A DNA stretch of 64,000 nucleotides from Alphaproteobacteria bacterium. Its GTDB lineage: Bacteria > Pseudomonadota > Alphaproteobacteria > UBA6615. The translations under genes were made by a program, and so were the position numbers. This document shows positions 1 through 11,303 of this stretch, one piece after another. The stretch spans positions 76,987-140,986 of the forward strand of contig JAALLF010000004.1 in the NCBI GenBank assembly GCA_011087645.1. The letters run 5' to 3'. The notes under the pieces were generated by a model. That model was not told the DNA's origin. It saw only the letters and a list, made by a program, of their open reading frames with translations, and did no database searches. Within the stretch, counting starts at the first letter, position 1. Each line of letters begins with the position of its first letter.

Positions 1-89
1 TATTTTCGGATGGTTAACACACGATTGTGTGTGGAACCGCTGGCGTAATTTTTTAAACCACGTGGTGTTTCACGGCGCGAACGCAAAGA

Positions 90-109
90 GGGCTGCCCGA
101 AAGCAGCCC
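90..109. terminator. GC-rich hairpin (GGGCTGC-ccgaaa-GCAGCCC) downstream of the minus-strand MCP gene
   Basis: Perfect 7-bp inverted repeat seen directly in the sequence, located 30 nt past the MCP stop; no clear U-tract on either side. Confidence 0.35.
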
Positions 110-140
110 TCAATCGCACCGTGATATCTTCGCTTAGATG

Positions 141-1919
141 CTATGCGGTTTTGACCTCGTCGAGGAAGGACCCAATCGAACCACGCAGCTTTTCCGCCTG
201 TTGCGATAATTGCTGCGACGCCTCGAGGACCTGTTGCGCCACCGAGCCGGTCTCCTGCGCACCGCGGGAGACTTCCGTGATGTTCGACGAGACATTTTCG
301 GTGCCCGATGCGGCCTGCTGAATATTCTCAGCAATCTCGCGTGTCGCAGAGTCCTGCTCCTCAACCGCCGAAGCCACCGTGGTGGCGACTTCGCTGATTT
401 CGCCGATGGTCTTGCCGATCTCTTGGATCGCTGCCACGGCTTCCTCGGTCGATTTCTGCATGGCGCCGATTTGCGCCGAAATCTCTTCCGTGGCTTTGGC
501 GGTTTGACCAGCCAAGGATTTGACTTCTGACGCGACGACCGCAAACCCCTTGCCGGCCTCGCCGGCCCGCGAGGCTTCGATGGTCGCATTCAACGCCAGC
601 AAGTTGGTCTGATCGGCGATATCGTTGATCAAATTGACCACTTCGCCAATTTTTTGCGCCGCCTCGGCAAGACCTTCGACCTTCTGATTGGTCGCATCGG
701 CCTGCTCGACCGCGCTGGTGGCGATTTCAGCACTATGAACAACACGGCGAGAAATTTCCTGCACCGACGAGGTCATCTCCTCGGTCGCCGAAGCGACCGT
801 CTGCATGTTTGTCGACGCTTCTTCCGAAGCGGCTGCCACGGCCGTCGAACGCTGATGGGTTTCATCGGCGGTCGCGGTCATGGTGTCGGCTGATGCTTTC
901 ATCTGATCAGCAGCAGTCGCCACATTGGTCAGGGTCGACTTTGCGCTCTCATCGAACGCCTCGATCATGCGGGTTACGTTTTCAGCCCGCTCTGCATCTT
1001 GGCGTAAACGCGCCTCTTCAGCGTCACGTTGACTGGCCTGTTGTTTTTCAAGCGCTTCGCGCTCGATCGCATTTTGCTTGAATACTTCGACCCGCCGCGC
1101 CATCGAACCAATCTCGTCCTGCCGGTCCTGAGCCGGCACATCGACGCTATTGTCGCCGTCGGCTAGGCGGCGCATGACACCGGTCACTAATTTCAGCGGA
1201 GAGACCACCGAACGCGCGCCGAACAGCGCCGTTGTCATCAACAGCATGCCGGCAAGTAAAGAGGCCAGCATGATGTTGCGGCTTAGCGCCGCACCCGCGG
1301 CGAGCGGTCCATCGATCGAGGTGGTAACTTCCAACACACCGCGCACATCACCCAGCTGCCAATCGCTCTTGGGCGTATCGGGGCGTGAATTGTGACAAGC
1401 CACGCAACCTTCCGCGACGAGCTTATCGGCAACAGCCACGCGGACGACTTTCTCGCCACCAATGATTTCCTCGCGCACGAAGGTCTCATCGGGATTTTGC
1501 GACAGGAACTCCCATGCTTGTTGCTGATAGGGATCGAGCTGCCGATCGGCACGGTTGGGGAAAGGATAACCGCTGTAAAGATTGAGCCGCGTATCTTCCT
1601 GGGCGAGAAGCGCGCTTAAATCGTGGATCACCGTGGCGGGCAAGGGCACCGTATTTTCTTTGCCTTCATGGTCGATGCTCGGCTTGATCGTGCCGTTCGC
1701 CAGCACCTTCTTGATGATGTTCTTGGTATAGTACGCGCGTAGCGTCTTGAACTGGCCGACCGTTTGCACGGCGGAATTCACCGCTGTATCGCGCGCATTA
1801 CCGCCGATGACATTGGGTAAAAATATCCAGGCGACCGCCAAGGCGGCGATCAGAATGATCGGAATCGGCAGAATTAACCGCCAGGAAATGCTTTGGTTTA
1901 ACTTTAAGTGCTGCAACAT
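141..1919 (-). CDS. Methyl-accepting chemotaxis protein with N-terminal TM, periplasmic domain containing a CxxCH motif, second TM, HAMP and MCP signalling domain
   Basis: ORF 141..1994, start trimmed to MLQHLKL (ATG at 1919, which tests in frame) ahead of a TM helix. C-terminal region shows typical MCP heptad and Ala/Ser/Thr/Glu-rich repeats and methylation-region-like EEASTN/EEMTSS motifs. Periplasmic segment carries EGCVACHNS. Confidence 0.85.
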   Translation of the reverse strand: MLQHLKLNQSISWRLILPIPIILIAALAVAWIFLPNVIGGNARDTAVNSAVQTVGQFKTLRAYYTKNIIKKVLANGTIKPSIDHEGKENTVPLPATVIHDLSALLAQEDTRLNLYSGYPFPNRADRQLDPYQQQAWEFLSQNPDETFVREEIIGGEKVVRVAVADKLVAEGCVACHNSRPDTPKSDWQLGDVRGVLEVTTSIDGPLAAGAALSRNIMLASLLAGMLLMTTALFGARSVVSPLKLVTGVMRRLADGDNSVDVPAQDRQDEIGSMARRVEVFKQNAIEREALEKQQASQRDAEEARLRQDAERAENVTRMIEAFDESAKSTLTNVATAADQMKASADTMTATADETHQRSTAVAAASEEASTNMQTVASATEEMTSSVQEISRRVVHSAEIATSAVEQADATNQKVEGLAEAAQKIGEVVNLINDIADQTNLLALNATIEASRAGEAGKGFAVVASEVKSLAGQTAKATEEISAQIGAMQKSTEEAVAAIQEIGKTIGEISEVATTVASAVEEQDSATREIAENIQQAASGTENVSSNITEVSRGAQETGSVAQQVLEASQQLSQQAEKLRGSIGSFLDEVKTA

Positions 1920-2201
1920 GTAACCGCCCCTTCGATCTGCGTTTCGGAGTACGTACCGGCAAGCAATCTCAGCAGTACAAATCCAAACACCCACATCGAG
2001 GGATCGAATGACACAAACGAAAATTTAAATCGTCTCGGGTCGTGCTGCTTCGCCGCATACAACAACACGTAAGTACTAGGACTTAGTTAACGCGCATTTG
2101 AGAAACCGATTGCCGTCGGGTGGAAACGCGCGCGGCAACGGTTGGCCGCCGGTAAATTACCGACGCGCTAACGACCTCGAAATAACAGAATTGGCTCGAA
2201 G

Positions 2202-2651
2202 CTAGTCCAGCGCGCTCTTAAGCATGCTTTTCAGTTGCTCGAGCTCTTCAAGCAAGCCCTGCAGCTCTTGGCGTTGCGCGGCCGAAAGTTTGGTGTCCGA
2301 TCCGGCACCCTTTGGAGTCGCCGCGGCGGACGCCTTATCGCTGTCGGGCGATTTTCCGGATCCGCGCTTGGGTTTCAGCGCGCCGTCACGCAACAGCTTT
2401 TGCACGCCCTTGATGGTATAGCCGTCGTCGTACAACAGATTGCGGATATTTTGCAGGAGGTCGACATCGTCAGGTCGATAATAGCGGCGTCCGCCGCCGC
2501 GTTTTAAAGGCCGGACCTGGCTGAACTTCGATTCCCAGAATCGCAACACATGCTGCGGCACATCGAGGGCGGTCGCGACCTCGCTGATTGTGCGAAAGGC
2601 TTGCGCAGATTTATCGCCTGATCGTCTCGATGCGCCTGCTGTGTCGGCCAT
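2202..2651 (-). CDS. MerR-family transcriptional regulator (conserved partner downstream of ihfA)
   Basis: N-terminal HTH reads [22 protein letters not shown]...GGRRYY, typical of MerR; position after ihfA matches the alphaproteobacterial plsX-fabH-ihfA-merR order. Confidence 0.85.
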   Translation of the reverse strand: MADTAGASRRSGDKSAQAFRTISEVATALDVPQHVLRFWESKFSQVRPLKRGGGRRYYRPDDVDLLQNIRNLLYDDGYTIKGVQKLLRDGALKPKRGSGKSPDSDKASAAATPKGAGSDTKLSAAQRQELQGLLEELEQLKSMLKSALD

Positions 2652-2659
2652 AACCGCCC

Positions 2660-3031
2660 CTATGGGGTGCTACTATCGGGGGACGGGCTGTCGGGATGCG
2701 TCGTGGTGTCTTCAGCATCCCCGCCGGCCTCGACCAAGGTATCATTGATACTTTTTTTAAGAACATGGCTCGGCCGGAAGACTAGGACCCGGCGCGGCAG
2801 GATCGGCACTTCGTCGCCCGTTTTCGGGTTCCGGCCCATCCTTTGTCCCTTACTCCGCACGGAAAAACTGCCGAAGGATGATAATTTTACCATCTCGCCG
2901 CGCACCAAGGCCTCGGATACTTCCGCAAGTACGGATTCGACGAGTTCGGCTGATTCATTACGCGAAAGCCCAACCTCCTGATAAACCGCTTCGGTCAGTT
3001 GTGCCCGTGTAATCGTATCCGCCACCGTCAC
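2660..3031 (-). CDS. ihfA: Integration host factor alpha subunit
   Basis: IHF/HU fold motifs [12 protein letters not shown]...[22 protein letters not shown]; carries a C-terminal acidic S/P/T-rich tail of about 24 aa. Confidence 0.9.
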   Translation of the reverse strand: MTVADTITRAQLTEAVYQEVGLSRNESAELVESVLAEVSEALVRGEMVKLSSFGSFSVRSKGQRMGRNPKTGDEVPILPRRVLVFRPSHVLKKSINDTLVEAGGDAEDTTTHPDSPSPDSSTP

Positions 3032-3158
3032 TCTCCCCCATTAACTAGAAGAAACGGTAACCCCTGGCGATAAATGCGTCAATATCAAAGGATTGGACGG
3101 TGAGTTTAATCCAAGTTAAAGGCTGAAATAATGGCGAATAGGGTTCATTCACTGGAAA

Positions 3159-4136
3159 TTACCAGCGCACCAGACCGGATCCCCAAGTCATCCCGCCCCC
3201 CAGGGCTTCTATGAGCACCAAATCACCCTGTTTAATGCGCGCGTCCCCGGTTGCGACCCACAGCGCCAAGGGGATCGAGGCAGCCGACGTATTGGCGTGC
3301 CGATCGATGGTGACCACCACCCGGTCGCCATTAATGCCTAATTTCTTGGCGGTCCCGTCGATAATGCGTTTGTTGGCCTGATGGGGCACGAACCAGTCGA
3401 TATCGCTTGCCGTGAGGCCGTTCGCTTCCAGCGCCTCCACCGTTACGTCGGCCATCTTGACCACCGCGTGGCGAAACACTTCCTTGCCTTCCATACGCAA
3501 GAACCCGACTTCACCGGTCGATGACGGACCGCCATCGACATACAGCAGATCGTGCAAGCGGCCATCGGAATGGAGATGGGTCGACAAAACACCCCGGTCG
3601 GTGGCGTTACCCTGGCCATCCTCGGCCTTGAGTACGATGGCGCCGGCGCCGTCGCCGAACAGAACGCAGGTGCCGCGGTCCTGCCAGTCGAGAATGCGCG
3701 AGAAGGTTTCCGCGCCGATCACCAGAGCAGTACCGGCTTGGCCGGACTTTACGAAATTATCGGCGGTGGCGAGGGCATAGACGAAGCCGGAGCAGACTGC
3801 CTGAACATCGAAAGCCATGGCGTTATCGGCACCGACTTTCGACTGCACAACCGTCGCGCTGGCGGGAAAGGTTTCATCGGGCGTCGACGTGGCAACCACG
3901 ATAAGGTCGACGGCGTCCGGCGTAATGCCAGCGGCATCCAAGGCGGTGCGAGCGGCGGCGCAAGCCAGGTCAGAGGTTAGCTCACCCTCGGCGGCGATGT
4001 AGCGTTGGGTAATACCGCTGCGCTCGCGGATCCATTCGTCCGAGGTATCCAGGCGCTGCGCCAGCTCTTCGTTGGTCAGAACTTTTTCGGGTAGATAACC
4101 GCCACAACCAACAACCACCGAACGTCGGACCGTCAC
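3159..4136 (-). CDS. fabH: 3-oxoacyl-ACP synthase III
   Basis: KAS III N-terminus ([18 protein letters not shown]) and active-site region; sits in the conserved position after plsX. Confidence 0.9.
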   Translation of the reverse strand: MTVRRSVVVGCGGYLPEKVLTNEELAQRLDTSDEWIRERSGITQRYIAAEGELTSDLACAAARTALDAAGITPDAVDLIVVATSTPDETFPASATVVQSKVGADNAMAFDVQAVCSGFVYALATADNFVKSGQAGTALVIGAETFSRILDWQDRGTCVLFGDGAGAIVLKAEDGQGNATDRGVLSTHLHSDGRLHDLLYVDGGPSSTGEVGFLRMEGKEVFRHAVVKMADVTVEALEANGLTASDIDWFVPHQANKRIIDGTAKKLGINGDRVVVTIDRHANTSAASIPLALWVATGDARIKQGDLVLIEALGGGMTWGSGLVRW

Positions 4137-5170
4137 GTTGCGCCTCCAGCCTCGTCTAGGTTGAGGCGGGCAATTTGTTCGGCAATTAACTCGTTGCCAC
4201 CATATTCGATCATGTCGAGCGCAACTCCAATAGCGGTTGCGAATCCAACCGCGTCGGTTCCTCCGTGGCTTTTAACACATATGCCATTGAGCCCAAGGAA
4301 CATTGCGCCGTTATAGCGCCGCGGATCGCTGCGGCTGCGTAATTTGTCGAGGGAGTGCTTGGCGAAGACGTAGCCGATCTTGGCCCAAAAGGAATTGCGA
4401 AAAGCCTCGCGCACGAAGCCGTTGATCAGCTTTGCCGTGCCCTCCGCCGTTTTCAAAGCAACGTTGCCGGTAAAGCCGTCGGTCACCACGACATCGACCG
4501 CGCCGGTAGGAATATCGTCGCCCTCGACAAAACCAACGAACTCGCCCGGAAAATCGAGACCGCGGATCGTATCCGCAGCTGTCTTCAGGGCTTCGTTACC
4601 CTTGGTATCTTCTTCACCGACGTTAAGCAGGCCCAGAGTCGGATCTTCGATGCCAAGTATCGTGCGCGCATAGACTTCGCCCATGACGGCGAACTGAACC
4701 AGGTTGCTCGCGTCGCAGGCGATGTTGGCTCCAAGATCAAGCATCACGGTCTCGCCGCGCAATGTGGGGAAAAACGAAGCGATCGCCGGACGGTTGATGC
4801 CGGGCAAATTGCGCCATTGGAACATCGCCATAGCCATCAAGGCGCCGGTATTACCCGCCGACACGACGCCAGAGGAATTGCCGTGCTTAACTGAGTCGAT
4901 AGCCAGCCACATTGATGTCGTGCGCCCGTTGCGCAAAACCTGCGAGGGTTTATCGTCGGCGGCTACCTGCTCCGCGGTGTGATGAATTTCGACGAATTCC
5001 GCCAGCCCGCGCTGCTTGGCGACTCGCGGCTCAATTTCCTCGCGGTCACCGAATAGCAGGAAACGCACATTGGGAAAGCGACGGCGCGCAATATTGGCGC
5101 CAGCGACCACGATATGCGGCGCGTTGTCGCCGCCCATGGCATCCAAGGCAATAGTGACGGACTCGCTCAA
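4133..5170 (-). CDS. plsX: Phosphate acyltransferase PlsX
   Basis: [13 protein letters not shown]-terminal motif; 4-nt overlap with fabH. Confidence 0.9.
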   Translation of the reverse strand: MSESVTIALDAMGGDNAPHIVVAGANIARRRFPNVRFLLFGDREEIEPRVAKQRGLAEFVEIHHTAEQVAADDKPSQVLRNGRTTSMWLAIDSVKHGNSSGVVSAGNTGALMAMAMFQWRNLPGINRPAIASFFPTLRGETVMLDLGANIACDASNLVQFAVMGEVYARTILGIEDPTLGLLNVGEEDTKGNEALKTAADTIRGLDFPGEFVGFVEGDDIPTGAVDVVVTDGFTGNVALKTAEGTAKLINGFVREAFRNSFWAKIGYVFAKHSLDKLRSRSDPRRYNGAMFLGLNGICVKSHGGTDAVGFATAIGVALDMIEYGGNELIAEQIARLNLDEAGGAT

Positions 5171-5212
5171 TTGAGGCCGCTTTCCAGCCGAACTATACGG
5201 CCTGAGCTATGA

Positions 5213-5398
5213 TTAGATTTTGTCTTTAACTTGAATAACTTGCCGGCCTTTGTAAAAGCCAGTTTTCATGTCGACATGATGGGGCCGGTGATATTCGCCG
5301 GTCTCCTGATCTTCAACATAAGCGGGCGATTTCAGCGAATCGTGGGACCGGCGCATGTCGCGGCGCGATTTGGAAACTTTCTTCTTCGGAACAGCCAT
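5213..5398 (-). CDS. rpmF: 50S ribosomal protein L32
   Basis: [19 protein letters not shown], the L32 signature. Confidence 0.92.
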   Translation of the reverse strand: MAVPKKKVSKSRRDMRRSHDSLKSPAYVEDQETGEYHRPHHVDMKTGFYKGRQVIQVKDKI

Positions 5399-5515
5399 GG
5401 TCTTTTCCTTTACTGCAGAGCCTACCGTCGGCAGGCGCCAGCACGACAGGAAGCAGGTATCTAGCCAATAATGCGCCCGCTCGCAAGGGACTAACGTTGC
5501 GGCGGACCGATTAGG

Positions 5516-6064
5516 TCAGTTGCGATCTCGGTCCCGTAATTGCGCTAACGCGGCAAAGGGGCCGTTATCCTGGGTTTTCGTCTTTATTTCAGCTATTTCG
5601 ACATCCGCGTCCGGGGCGCGTGGGTAAGGGTTTATGGACAAGTATAGGTACTGCGCCACGAGCTCACCCAAATCGATTGAGTCGCCCGTAACCGGTTCCG
5701 GCGGCTCGATATCCTCGGGTCCGATCTCGAGTTCGTCCTCGGGCTCAGCCGGATTCAGGGTGTATCGCTGATCGAAGGGAGCATCGATCACATCGTCAAC
5801 CGGCTCCAGGGTAACGACGCATTCCTGCGTAAGTTTAGCGGTTAGACGCCCCTCGACAGTGATTTCTCCCAGAGGATTCTGTCGCACCGTCATCCGGGCT
5901 GCCAACGCTTCCAGGGAAAGCAATTCGTAGCGCTTCGCCAACGCCTGACATTCGGCCGCCGTCGCCTCGATCTCGACCTCATGCTCCGGCGAGTCCGCGA
6001 ACTCAGCCAAATGGAACAATCTCGACAGTTCGGTCGGAATGGCATCAGGCGTCTCGTCGGTCAC
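5516..6064 (-). CDS. yceD: YceD/DUF177 family protein (23S rRNA accumulation protein)
   Basis: Conserved position immediately upstream of rpmF; acidic protein of about 180 aa, as expected for this family. Confidence 0.7.
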   Translation of the reverse strand: MTDETPDAIPTELSRLFHLAEFADSPEHEVEIEATAAECQALAKRYELLSLEALAARMTVRQNPLGEITVEGRLTAKLTQECVVTLEPVDDVIDAPFDQRYTLNPAEPEDELEIGPEDIEPPEPVTGDSIDLGELVAQYLYLSINPYPRAPDADVEIAEIKTKTQDNGPFAALAQLRDRDRN

Positions 6065-6612
6065 GACTGACCCTTCCGCTCAACCGTGGCGGACGGAAAG
6101 CTTACGCTCCCCACCATTATCTCGGATATTGACTGCATCTCCAGACTATCGATTGCGCCTTGGATATAGGCGATCATTGCCGCGACCTCGCCGTCGGAGG
6201 CATCTGCCGAGGCATAGAGATTACGGCGCAACGCATCGGCGAGGTCATCGGCGCCGCCGGCAAAGCCCTTTTCATAGGCATCGATGCGGCCATAGAGGTT
6301 CCGGGCCAGTTTTTTGACCCGCTTGCCAATGCCCATGTCGCCAATCCCCTGCTCACGTAGGGTTCGATCAAGGTCGGCGAACATCAAGTCATGGACCGCC
6401 TGCGACAGATCTTTGCCAGCGATATCGGTTCGCCCCAATCGACGAAATAGCAGATACGAATGCAGACAGATCATTTCGAAACGGCCCAACTCGGAATCGG
6501 GCACGCCAAATGACAGATAAAACTCTGGGCTTCGCGCGTGCGCGACCACGTGGTTATAGAGTTTAACCGCAACGTCGTTTCGTTGCCGGCGTGCATTGAG
6601 CCATTTGAACAT
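6061..6612 (-). CDS. Ubiquinol-cytochrome c chaperone (Cbp3-like) domain protein
   Basis: About 180 aa with a conserved region (FEMICLHSYLLFRRL...DLMFADLDRTLRE); 4-nt overlap with yceD; typical alphaproteobacterial neighbour of yceD. Confidence 0.6.
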   Translation of the reverse strand: MFKWLNARRQRNDVAVKLYNHVVAHARSPEFYLSFGVPDSELGRFEMICLHSYLLFRRLGRTDIAGKDLSQAVHDLMFADLDRTLREQGIGDMGIGKRVKKLARNLYGRIDAYEKGFAGGADDLADALRRNLYASADASDGEVAAMIAYIQGAIDSLEMQSISEIMVGSVSFPSATVERKGQS

Positions 6613-6705
6613 CAGCTTACCGGATAAGTGTGTTTCAGTGGATTAGTTGACATGAAGGAAGGCGCAGTGCAAATCTCGCGCCTCGAATTAGCACCCTCGA
6701 TTATC

Positions 6706-7194
6706 ATGGACGAAGTCGCAATGCTGCGGTTCAAAATTATTGGCCGATCGACACGCGCCTGGCGCAATATAGCGCTGGTCGCAACAGTCGGTGTGTTGAG
6801 CGCCTGTACCCCCGTCATCAATGTTCATGGGCAAACGCCCGACCCCGATGATTTGGAGCTCGTCGAAGTTGGACAGTCGACCCGACGCGATGTTGAGCAA
6901 CGCTTGGGCACGGCCTCAACCAGCAGCGTGTTTTCCGATAACGTCTGGTACTATTACAGCGAGACCACAGAAACTGTCGCGTTCTTCGAACCCGAAGTAA
7001 AGGAACGCAAAATAATTGCCATTGTGTTCGCCCCCGATGGCCGTGTCGACAATATTGCCACTTACACCGAGGAAGACGGAAAGCCGGTCGAGCTGGTCAG
7101 CCGGGTAACCCCGACCGCCGGCAATGAACTGACATTCCTCCAGCAACTATTCGGCAACATCGGCCGCTTCAGTACACCTGACTCTGGTCAGTAA
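6706..7194 (+). CDS. bamE: Outer-membrane assembly lipoprotein BamE (SmpA/OmlA)
   Basis: Signal peptide with lipobox LSAC (NIALVATVGVLSAC), then a BamE-like core (GQSTRRDVEQRLGTAS). ORF track begins at 6628; the in-frame ATG at 6706 or 6721 fits better. Confidence 0.7.
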   Translation: MDEVAMLRFKIIGRSTRAWRNIALVATVGVLSACTPVINVHGQTPDPDDLELVEVGQSTRRDVEQRLGTASTSSVFSDNVWYYYSETTETVAFFEPEVKERKIIAIVFAPDGRVDNIATYTEEDGKPVELVSRVTPTAGNELTFLQQLFGNIGRFSTPDSGQ

Positions 7195-7260
7195 AGACCA
7201 AAAATATCGGCGGGCCTCGCGACCCGCCGATAGATGTCCCATTCTTTTTCGATCTTGGCG

Positions 7261-9384
7261 TTATAGCCCCGCCAAAACCGCCAAAATCATCAATGCGACG
7301 ATGTTGGTGATCTTGATCATCGGATTGACCGCGGGTCCGGCTGTATCCTTGTAGGGATCGCCAACCGTATCGCCGGTTACCGCGGCTTTGTGAGCTTCCG
7401 AGCCTTTACCGCCATGATTGCCGTCTTCGATGTACTTCTTGGCATTATCCCAAGCGCCGCCGCCCGCTGTCATCGAGATCGCGACGAACAGCCCGGTGAC
7501 AATCACACCCAACAGCATGGCGCCGAGCGAGGAAAAGGCCGCCGACTTGCCGCCAATCGCCAGGATGACGACGAACAGCACGATCGGCGACAGCACCGGC
7601 AATAGCGACGGGATGATCATTTCCTTGATCGCCGCGCGGGTCAGCAAGTCGACGCAAGTGCCGTATTCGGGCTTGCCGGTGCCTTCCATGATGCCGGGGA
7701 TTTCCTTGAACTGCCGTCGCACTTCGACGACGACCGAGCCCGCCGCGCGACCGACCGCGGTCATGCCCATGGCGCCGAACAGAAACGGCAACATGCCACC
7801 GACGAACAAGCCGACAACCACAAACGGATTGGTTAGCGAGAAATCGAGAGTCACGCCGGCGAAATAGGCGTGGCTGTCAGGTTCGTCGATGAAGAATTTT
7901 AGATCCGAGGTGTAAGCCGCAAACAGCACCAGCGCGCCAAGACCGGCTGAGCCGATGGCGTAGCCCTTGGTGACGGCCTTCGTGGTGTTGCCCACCGCGT
8001 CGAGCGCGTCTGTCGTTTTCCGCACATCGTCATCGAGCTCGGCCATTTCGGCGATGCCACCGGCATTGTCGGTGACCGGCCCGTAAGCGTCGAGCGCGAC
8101 CACCATGCCGGCCAGAGCCAACATCGCGGTCACCGCAATAGCGATACCGAGCAAGCCGGCCAGCGAGAAGGACACGATAATGGCGCCACAGATGACCAGC
8201 GCCGGAACCGCGGTCGCCTCCATCGAGATCGCCAGGCCTTGGATAACATTGGTGCCATGCCCCGTGGTCGAAGCCTGAGCGATCGAGCGTACCGGACGGT
8301 ACTCGGTGCCGGTATAGTATTCGGTGATCCATATCAGCAGACCGGTCACTACCAGACCGGTAACGGCGCTTAGAAACAACGCCGTTCCGGTCACGTCAGT
8401 ACCATCAGCCGTGAACTGCACATCGAAACCGATGACCCATTGGGTGACCCCGGCGATGCCGATCAGGGACAAAACCGCTGAGGCGATGAAGCCCTTATAC
8501 AGCGCACCCATGATGTTGGTGCCGCCACCCAGGCTGACGAAGAAGGTGCCGATAATCGAGGCGATAATGCAGACGCCGCCGATGGCCAGCGGATAGACCA
8601 TCATCGAGTCCAGCAACGTATTGCCGCTGAGGAAGATCGAGATCAGCACCATGGTGGCAACCACGGTCACCGCATAGGTCTCAAACAGATCGGCCGCCAT
8701 GCCGGCGCAATCGCCGACATTATCGCCAACGTTATCGGCAATGACCGCCGGGTTACGGGGGTCGTCTTCCGGGATACCGGCTTCGACTTTACCCACTAGG
8801 TCGGCGCCCACATCGGCGCCCTTGGTGAAGATGCCGCCGCCGAGGCGCGCGAAGATCGAGATGAGCGAGGCGCCGAAGCCAAGCGACACCAGCGCGTCGA
8901 TCATATCGCGACCGCCGATGGTGCCGTTATCCTGCATCACCGTGAGAACACCGAAATAGCCGGCAACCGCCAACAATGCGAGCCCGGCCACCAACATGCC
9001 GGTGACCGCCCCGGCGCGAAAGGCAACCGACAGGCCCTGCCCCAGCCCCTGGCGGGCGGCTTCCGTGGTCCGCACGTTAGAGCGAACCGAGATATTCATA
9101 CCGATATAGCCGGTGGCGCCCGATAGCACGGCGCCGATGATAAAGCCGACCGCGGCGGGCCAGATCAGCACGAAAAACAAGATAATCGCGATGACGATGC
9201 CGACGATGCCAATGGCGCGATATTGCCGGTTCAAATAGGCCGCGGCGCCCTCTTGGACGGCGGCGGAGATTTCCTGCATTCGCTCTGTACCGGCGCTCAT
9301 CGCCAGAACCGAACGCGCCGCCCAAATGCCATATACAATTGCCAAAACGCCACAGGCGATGGCAAACCAAACAACTGGAGCCAT
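7261..9384 (-). CDS. hppA: Membrane-bound H+-translocating pyrophosphatase
   Basis: 707 aa polytopic protein with the V-PPase motifs [29 protein letters not shown] and [21 protein letters not shown]. Confidence 0.92.
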   Translation of the reverse strand: MAPVVWFAIACGVLAIVYGIWAARSVLAMSAGTERMQEISAAVQEGAAAYLNRQYRAIGIVGIVIAIILFFVLIWPAAVGFIIGAVLSGATGYIGMNISVRSNVRTTEAARQGLGQGLSVAFRAGAVTGMLVAGLALLAVAGYFGVLTVMQDNGTIGGRDMIDALVSLGFGASLISIFARLGGGIFTKGADVGADLVGKVEAGIPEDDPRNPAVIADNVGDNVGDCAGMAADLFETYAVTVVATMVLISIFLSGNTLLDSMMVYPLAIGGVCIIASIIGTFFVSLGGGTNIMGALYKGFIASAVLSLIGIAGVTQWVIGFDVQFTADGTDVTGTALFLSAVTGLVVTGLLIWITEYYTGTEYRPVRSIAQASTTGHGTNVIQGLAISMEATAVPALVICGAIIVSFSLAGLLGIAIAVTAMLALAGMVVALDAYGPVTDNAGGIAEMAELDDDVRKTTDALDAVGNTTKAVTKGYAIGSAGLGALVLFAAYTSDLKFFIDEPDSHAYFAGVTLDFSLTNPFVVVGLFVGGMLPFLFGAMGMTAVGRAAGSVVVEVRRQFKEIPGIMEGTGKPEYGTCVDLLTRAAIKEMIIPSLLPVLSPIVLFVVILAIGGKSAAFSSLGAMLLGVIVTGLFVAISMTAGGGAWDNAKKYIEDGNHGGKGSEAHKAAVTGDTVGDPYKDTAGPAVNPMIKITNIVALMILAVLAGL

Positions 9385-9561
9385 ATCGATGCTTCCCTTG
9401 TATCAGTGTTCTCTTTTACCGGATTTCCCGACCGCATCCATTGCAGCATCGGCCGAATCATCATTCCCCCGAAAAGGTCGCGGGAACATGCCAAAAAGGC
9501 TTGCGCAACGCAACCGGCGAGCGGCCAAAGCCACCGAATTATTAGCTGAGCGCGCTCAAAA

Positions 9562-10788
9562 TTACGCGGTGACCGGCACCCGCCGTCCCCGGAGCCAGAT
9601 AACGGCGATCAAAACCAACACCAACAAGGGGACCGCCGCGAGATTTGTCGCCGCCCAGCCGACCGCCTGGAACGTCGCACCAGCCAATAGCGAACACACC
9701 GCCACAGTGCCAAACACGAACAAGTCGTTGATGCCTTGAATTTGAGCTTTCTCCGCCGGCGTGTAGGTCTGCAGCAGAAGCGTGGTGCCAGCGGTGAACA
9801 TGAAGTTCCACCCTAAACCGACAACCGCCATGGCAATCCTCAGATGATATATGGAATCACCACTCAGATTTACCGCGATACTCAGTCCCGAAATCATCGC
9901 GCCGGCGGCGATAATGTTCACGTCGCCATAACGCTTTATCAGCCAGCCAGTGAAGAAGCTGGGGGCGAACATTCCGACCACGTGCCACATGATGACATTG
10001 TTGATGTCGGGCAATCCAAAGGGATGGGTCGGGTGGAAACTCATAAACAGCGGCGTCGACAACATGACGAAGTTCATCACCCCGTAGCCGACCATCGCGC
10101 TCATGAGCGCGACTATGAATGTTGGCTGGGCGGCGATTTGGCGGAACGGACGAACGTCGCTTGACCGTTCCGCCTCGCTGGGCGGCGGGATATCGGTGAA
10201 CAGCAGCAAGACGATCATTACCAATTGCATCGCAATAATGACCGCGAAGACACCGCCATAGATTACTGGCGCCAACATATCGAACGACCAGGTCGATAAT
10301 GACGGTCCGGCGACTCCGGCGAAAACGCCGCCCGCCAATACCAGACTGACGGCTTTGGCCTTGAAGGCATCGTCCGCGGTGTCGACCGCGGCAAAACGGA
10401 ATTGCTGGTTCGAACCGGCCGAGGTTCCGAAGAGGGCCGAACCGACGCAAAATAGGAAGAAGTTTTGTTCGATTAGACCAAACAACGCTATGGCGGCACC
10501 GGTCGAGCCGATCAGGATAAATATAATGAAACCATTGGCCCGACCGATGCGCTTCATGAGTAGCGCCGCCGGCAGCGTCGAGAACATCATGAATACGAAC
10601 TGCAGGGTGATCGGCAAGGTCGCCAGGCCAAACGGTATGCCGAGCACATTCACCGTCGGCGCCAGCGACGCGCCGATGATGGCTGAGACCGAAAAGATCA
10701 AAACCATCTGCGTCTGCGACAGCGCCTGGCAGACCGACAAAAGGGATACGTTACGAAGGGCGCGGTTGATTTTCATGAGCCGGACCAT
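9562..10788 (-). CDS. MFS transporter
   Basis: 408 aa with about 12 predicted TM helices and MFS-like loop motifs (MKRIGRANGFIIF). Confidence 0.8.
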   Translation of the reverse strand: MVRLMKINRALRNVSLLSVCQALSQTQMVLIFSVSAIIGASLAPTVNVLGIPFGLATLPITLQFVFMMFSTLPAALLMKRIGRANGFIIFILIGSTGAAIALFGLIEQNFFLFCVGSALFGTSAGSNQQFRFAAVDTADDAFKAKAVSLVLAGGVFAGVAGPSLSTWSFDMLAPVIYGGVFAVIIAMQLVMIVLLLFTDIPPPSEAERSSDVRPFRQIAAQPTFIVALMSAMVGYGVMNFVMLSTPLFMSFHPTHPFGLPDINNVIMWHVVGMFAPSFFTGWLIKRYGDVNIIAAGAMISGLSIAVNLSGDSIYHLRIAMAVVGLGWNFMFTAGTTLLLQTYTPAEKAQIQGINDLFVFGTVAVCSLLAGATFQAVGWAATNLAAVPLLVLVLIAVIWLRGRRVPVTA

Positions 10789-10851
10789 CCGGCAATGGCG
10801 CTAAAATTACAAGCCGCTAATGTGAATAGCTGGGTTGCCTAGGCTAAGTAT

Positions 10852-11292
10852 CTAGGCGCCGCGGCGTGACAACGCGTTGACGAACACGTCCAACACGACA
10901 TCCTTGCCGAGCTCTCGTTGCGCCACGACCAACATGCGCCGTTTGACGGCATCGACGCTGACCTTACGGCCGGTATATTCCTCGCGCTCGAACATGGCGT
11001 GAAGTTCGCGAAACATGGTGTCGCGCAGGCGCCGCCGCTGTTCAACGATATCGGTGCGAACGCTTTCGTCGGCGATTTCAAGGGTCACGGCGACGGTGAA
11101 GGTGCCGGCGGCCCCCTGCTGTCTGAAGATCGTGGCCGTGATGGGCGGCAGCTTCAGATAGATAGGCTCCCCGTTCGATGAGGGCGCCGCTTTCTCGGCA
11201 ACCGGTATCGCCCGGAGTTGCGGTTCCGCGGCCACTTCCTGTGCGCCGCCGGTCATCAGAACGACAATGGCCGGTATCAGTAATTTTTTCAT
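10852..11292 (-). CDS. FliL-like flagellar basal-body-associated protein (second paralog)
   Basis: Start trimmed to MKKLLIPAIVVLM (signal/TM); C-terminal region resembles the FliL fold and lies in tandem with an upstream FliL. Confidence 0.55.
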   Translation of the reverse strand: MKKLLIPAIVVLMTGGAQEVAAEPQLRAIPVAEKAAPSSNGEPIYLKLPPITATIFRQQGAAGTFTVAVTLEIADESVRTDIVEQRRRLRDTMFRELHAMFEREEYTGRKVSVDAVKRRMLVVAQRELGKDVVLDVFVNALSRRGA

Positions 11293-11303
11293 GCTGTGTT
11301 CGC

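Noticed and set aside
90-109. Possible SRP-RNA-like GAAAGCAGCC motif
   Set aside because: Only a short coincidental match inside a simple hairpin; the surrounding sequence lacks the conserved 4.5S RNA domain IV features.
134-589. 151-aa Arg/Pro/Ser-rich ORF overlapping the MCP 3' end
   Set aside because: Overlaps the MCP signalling domain in a different frame; extreme basic low-complexity composition.
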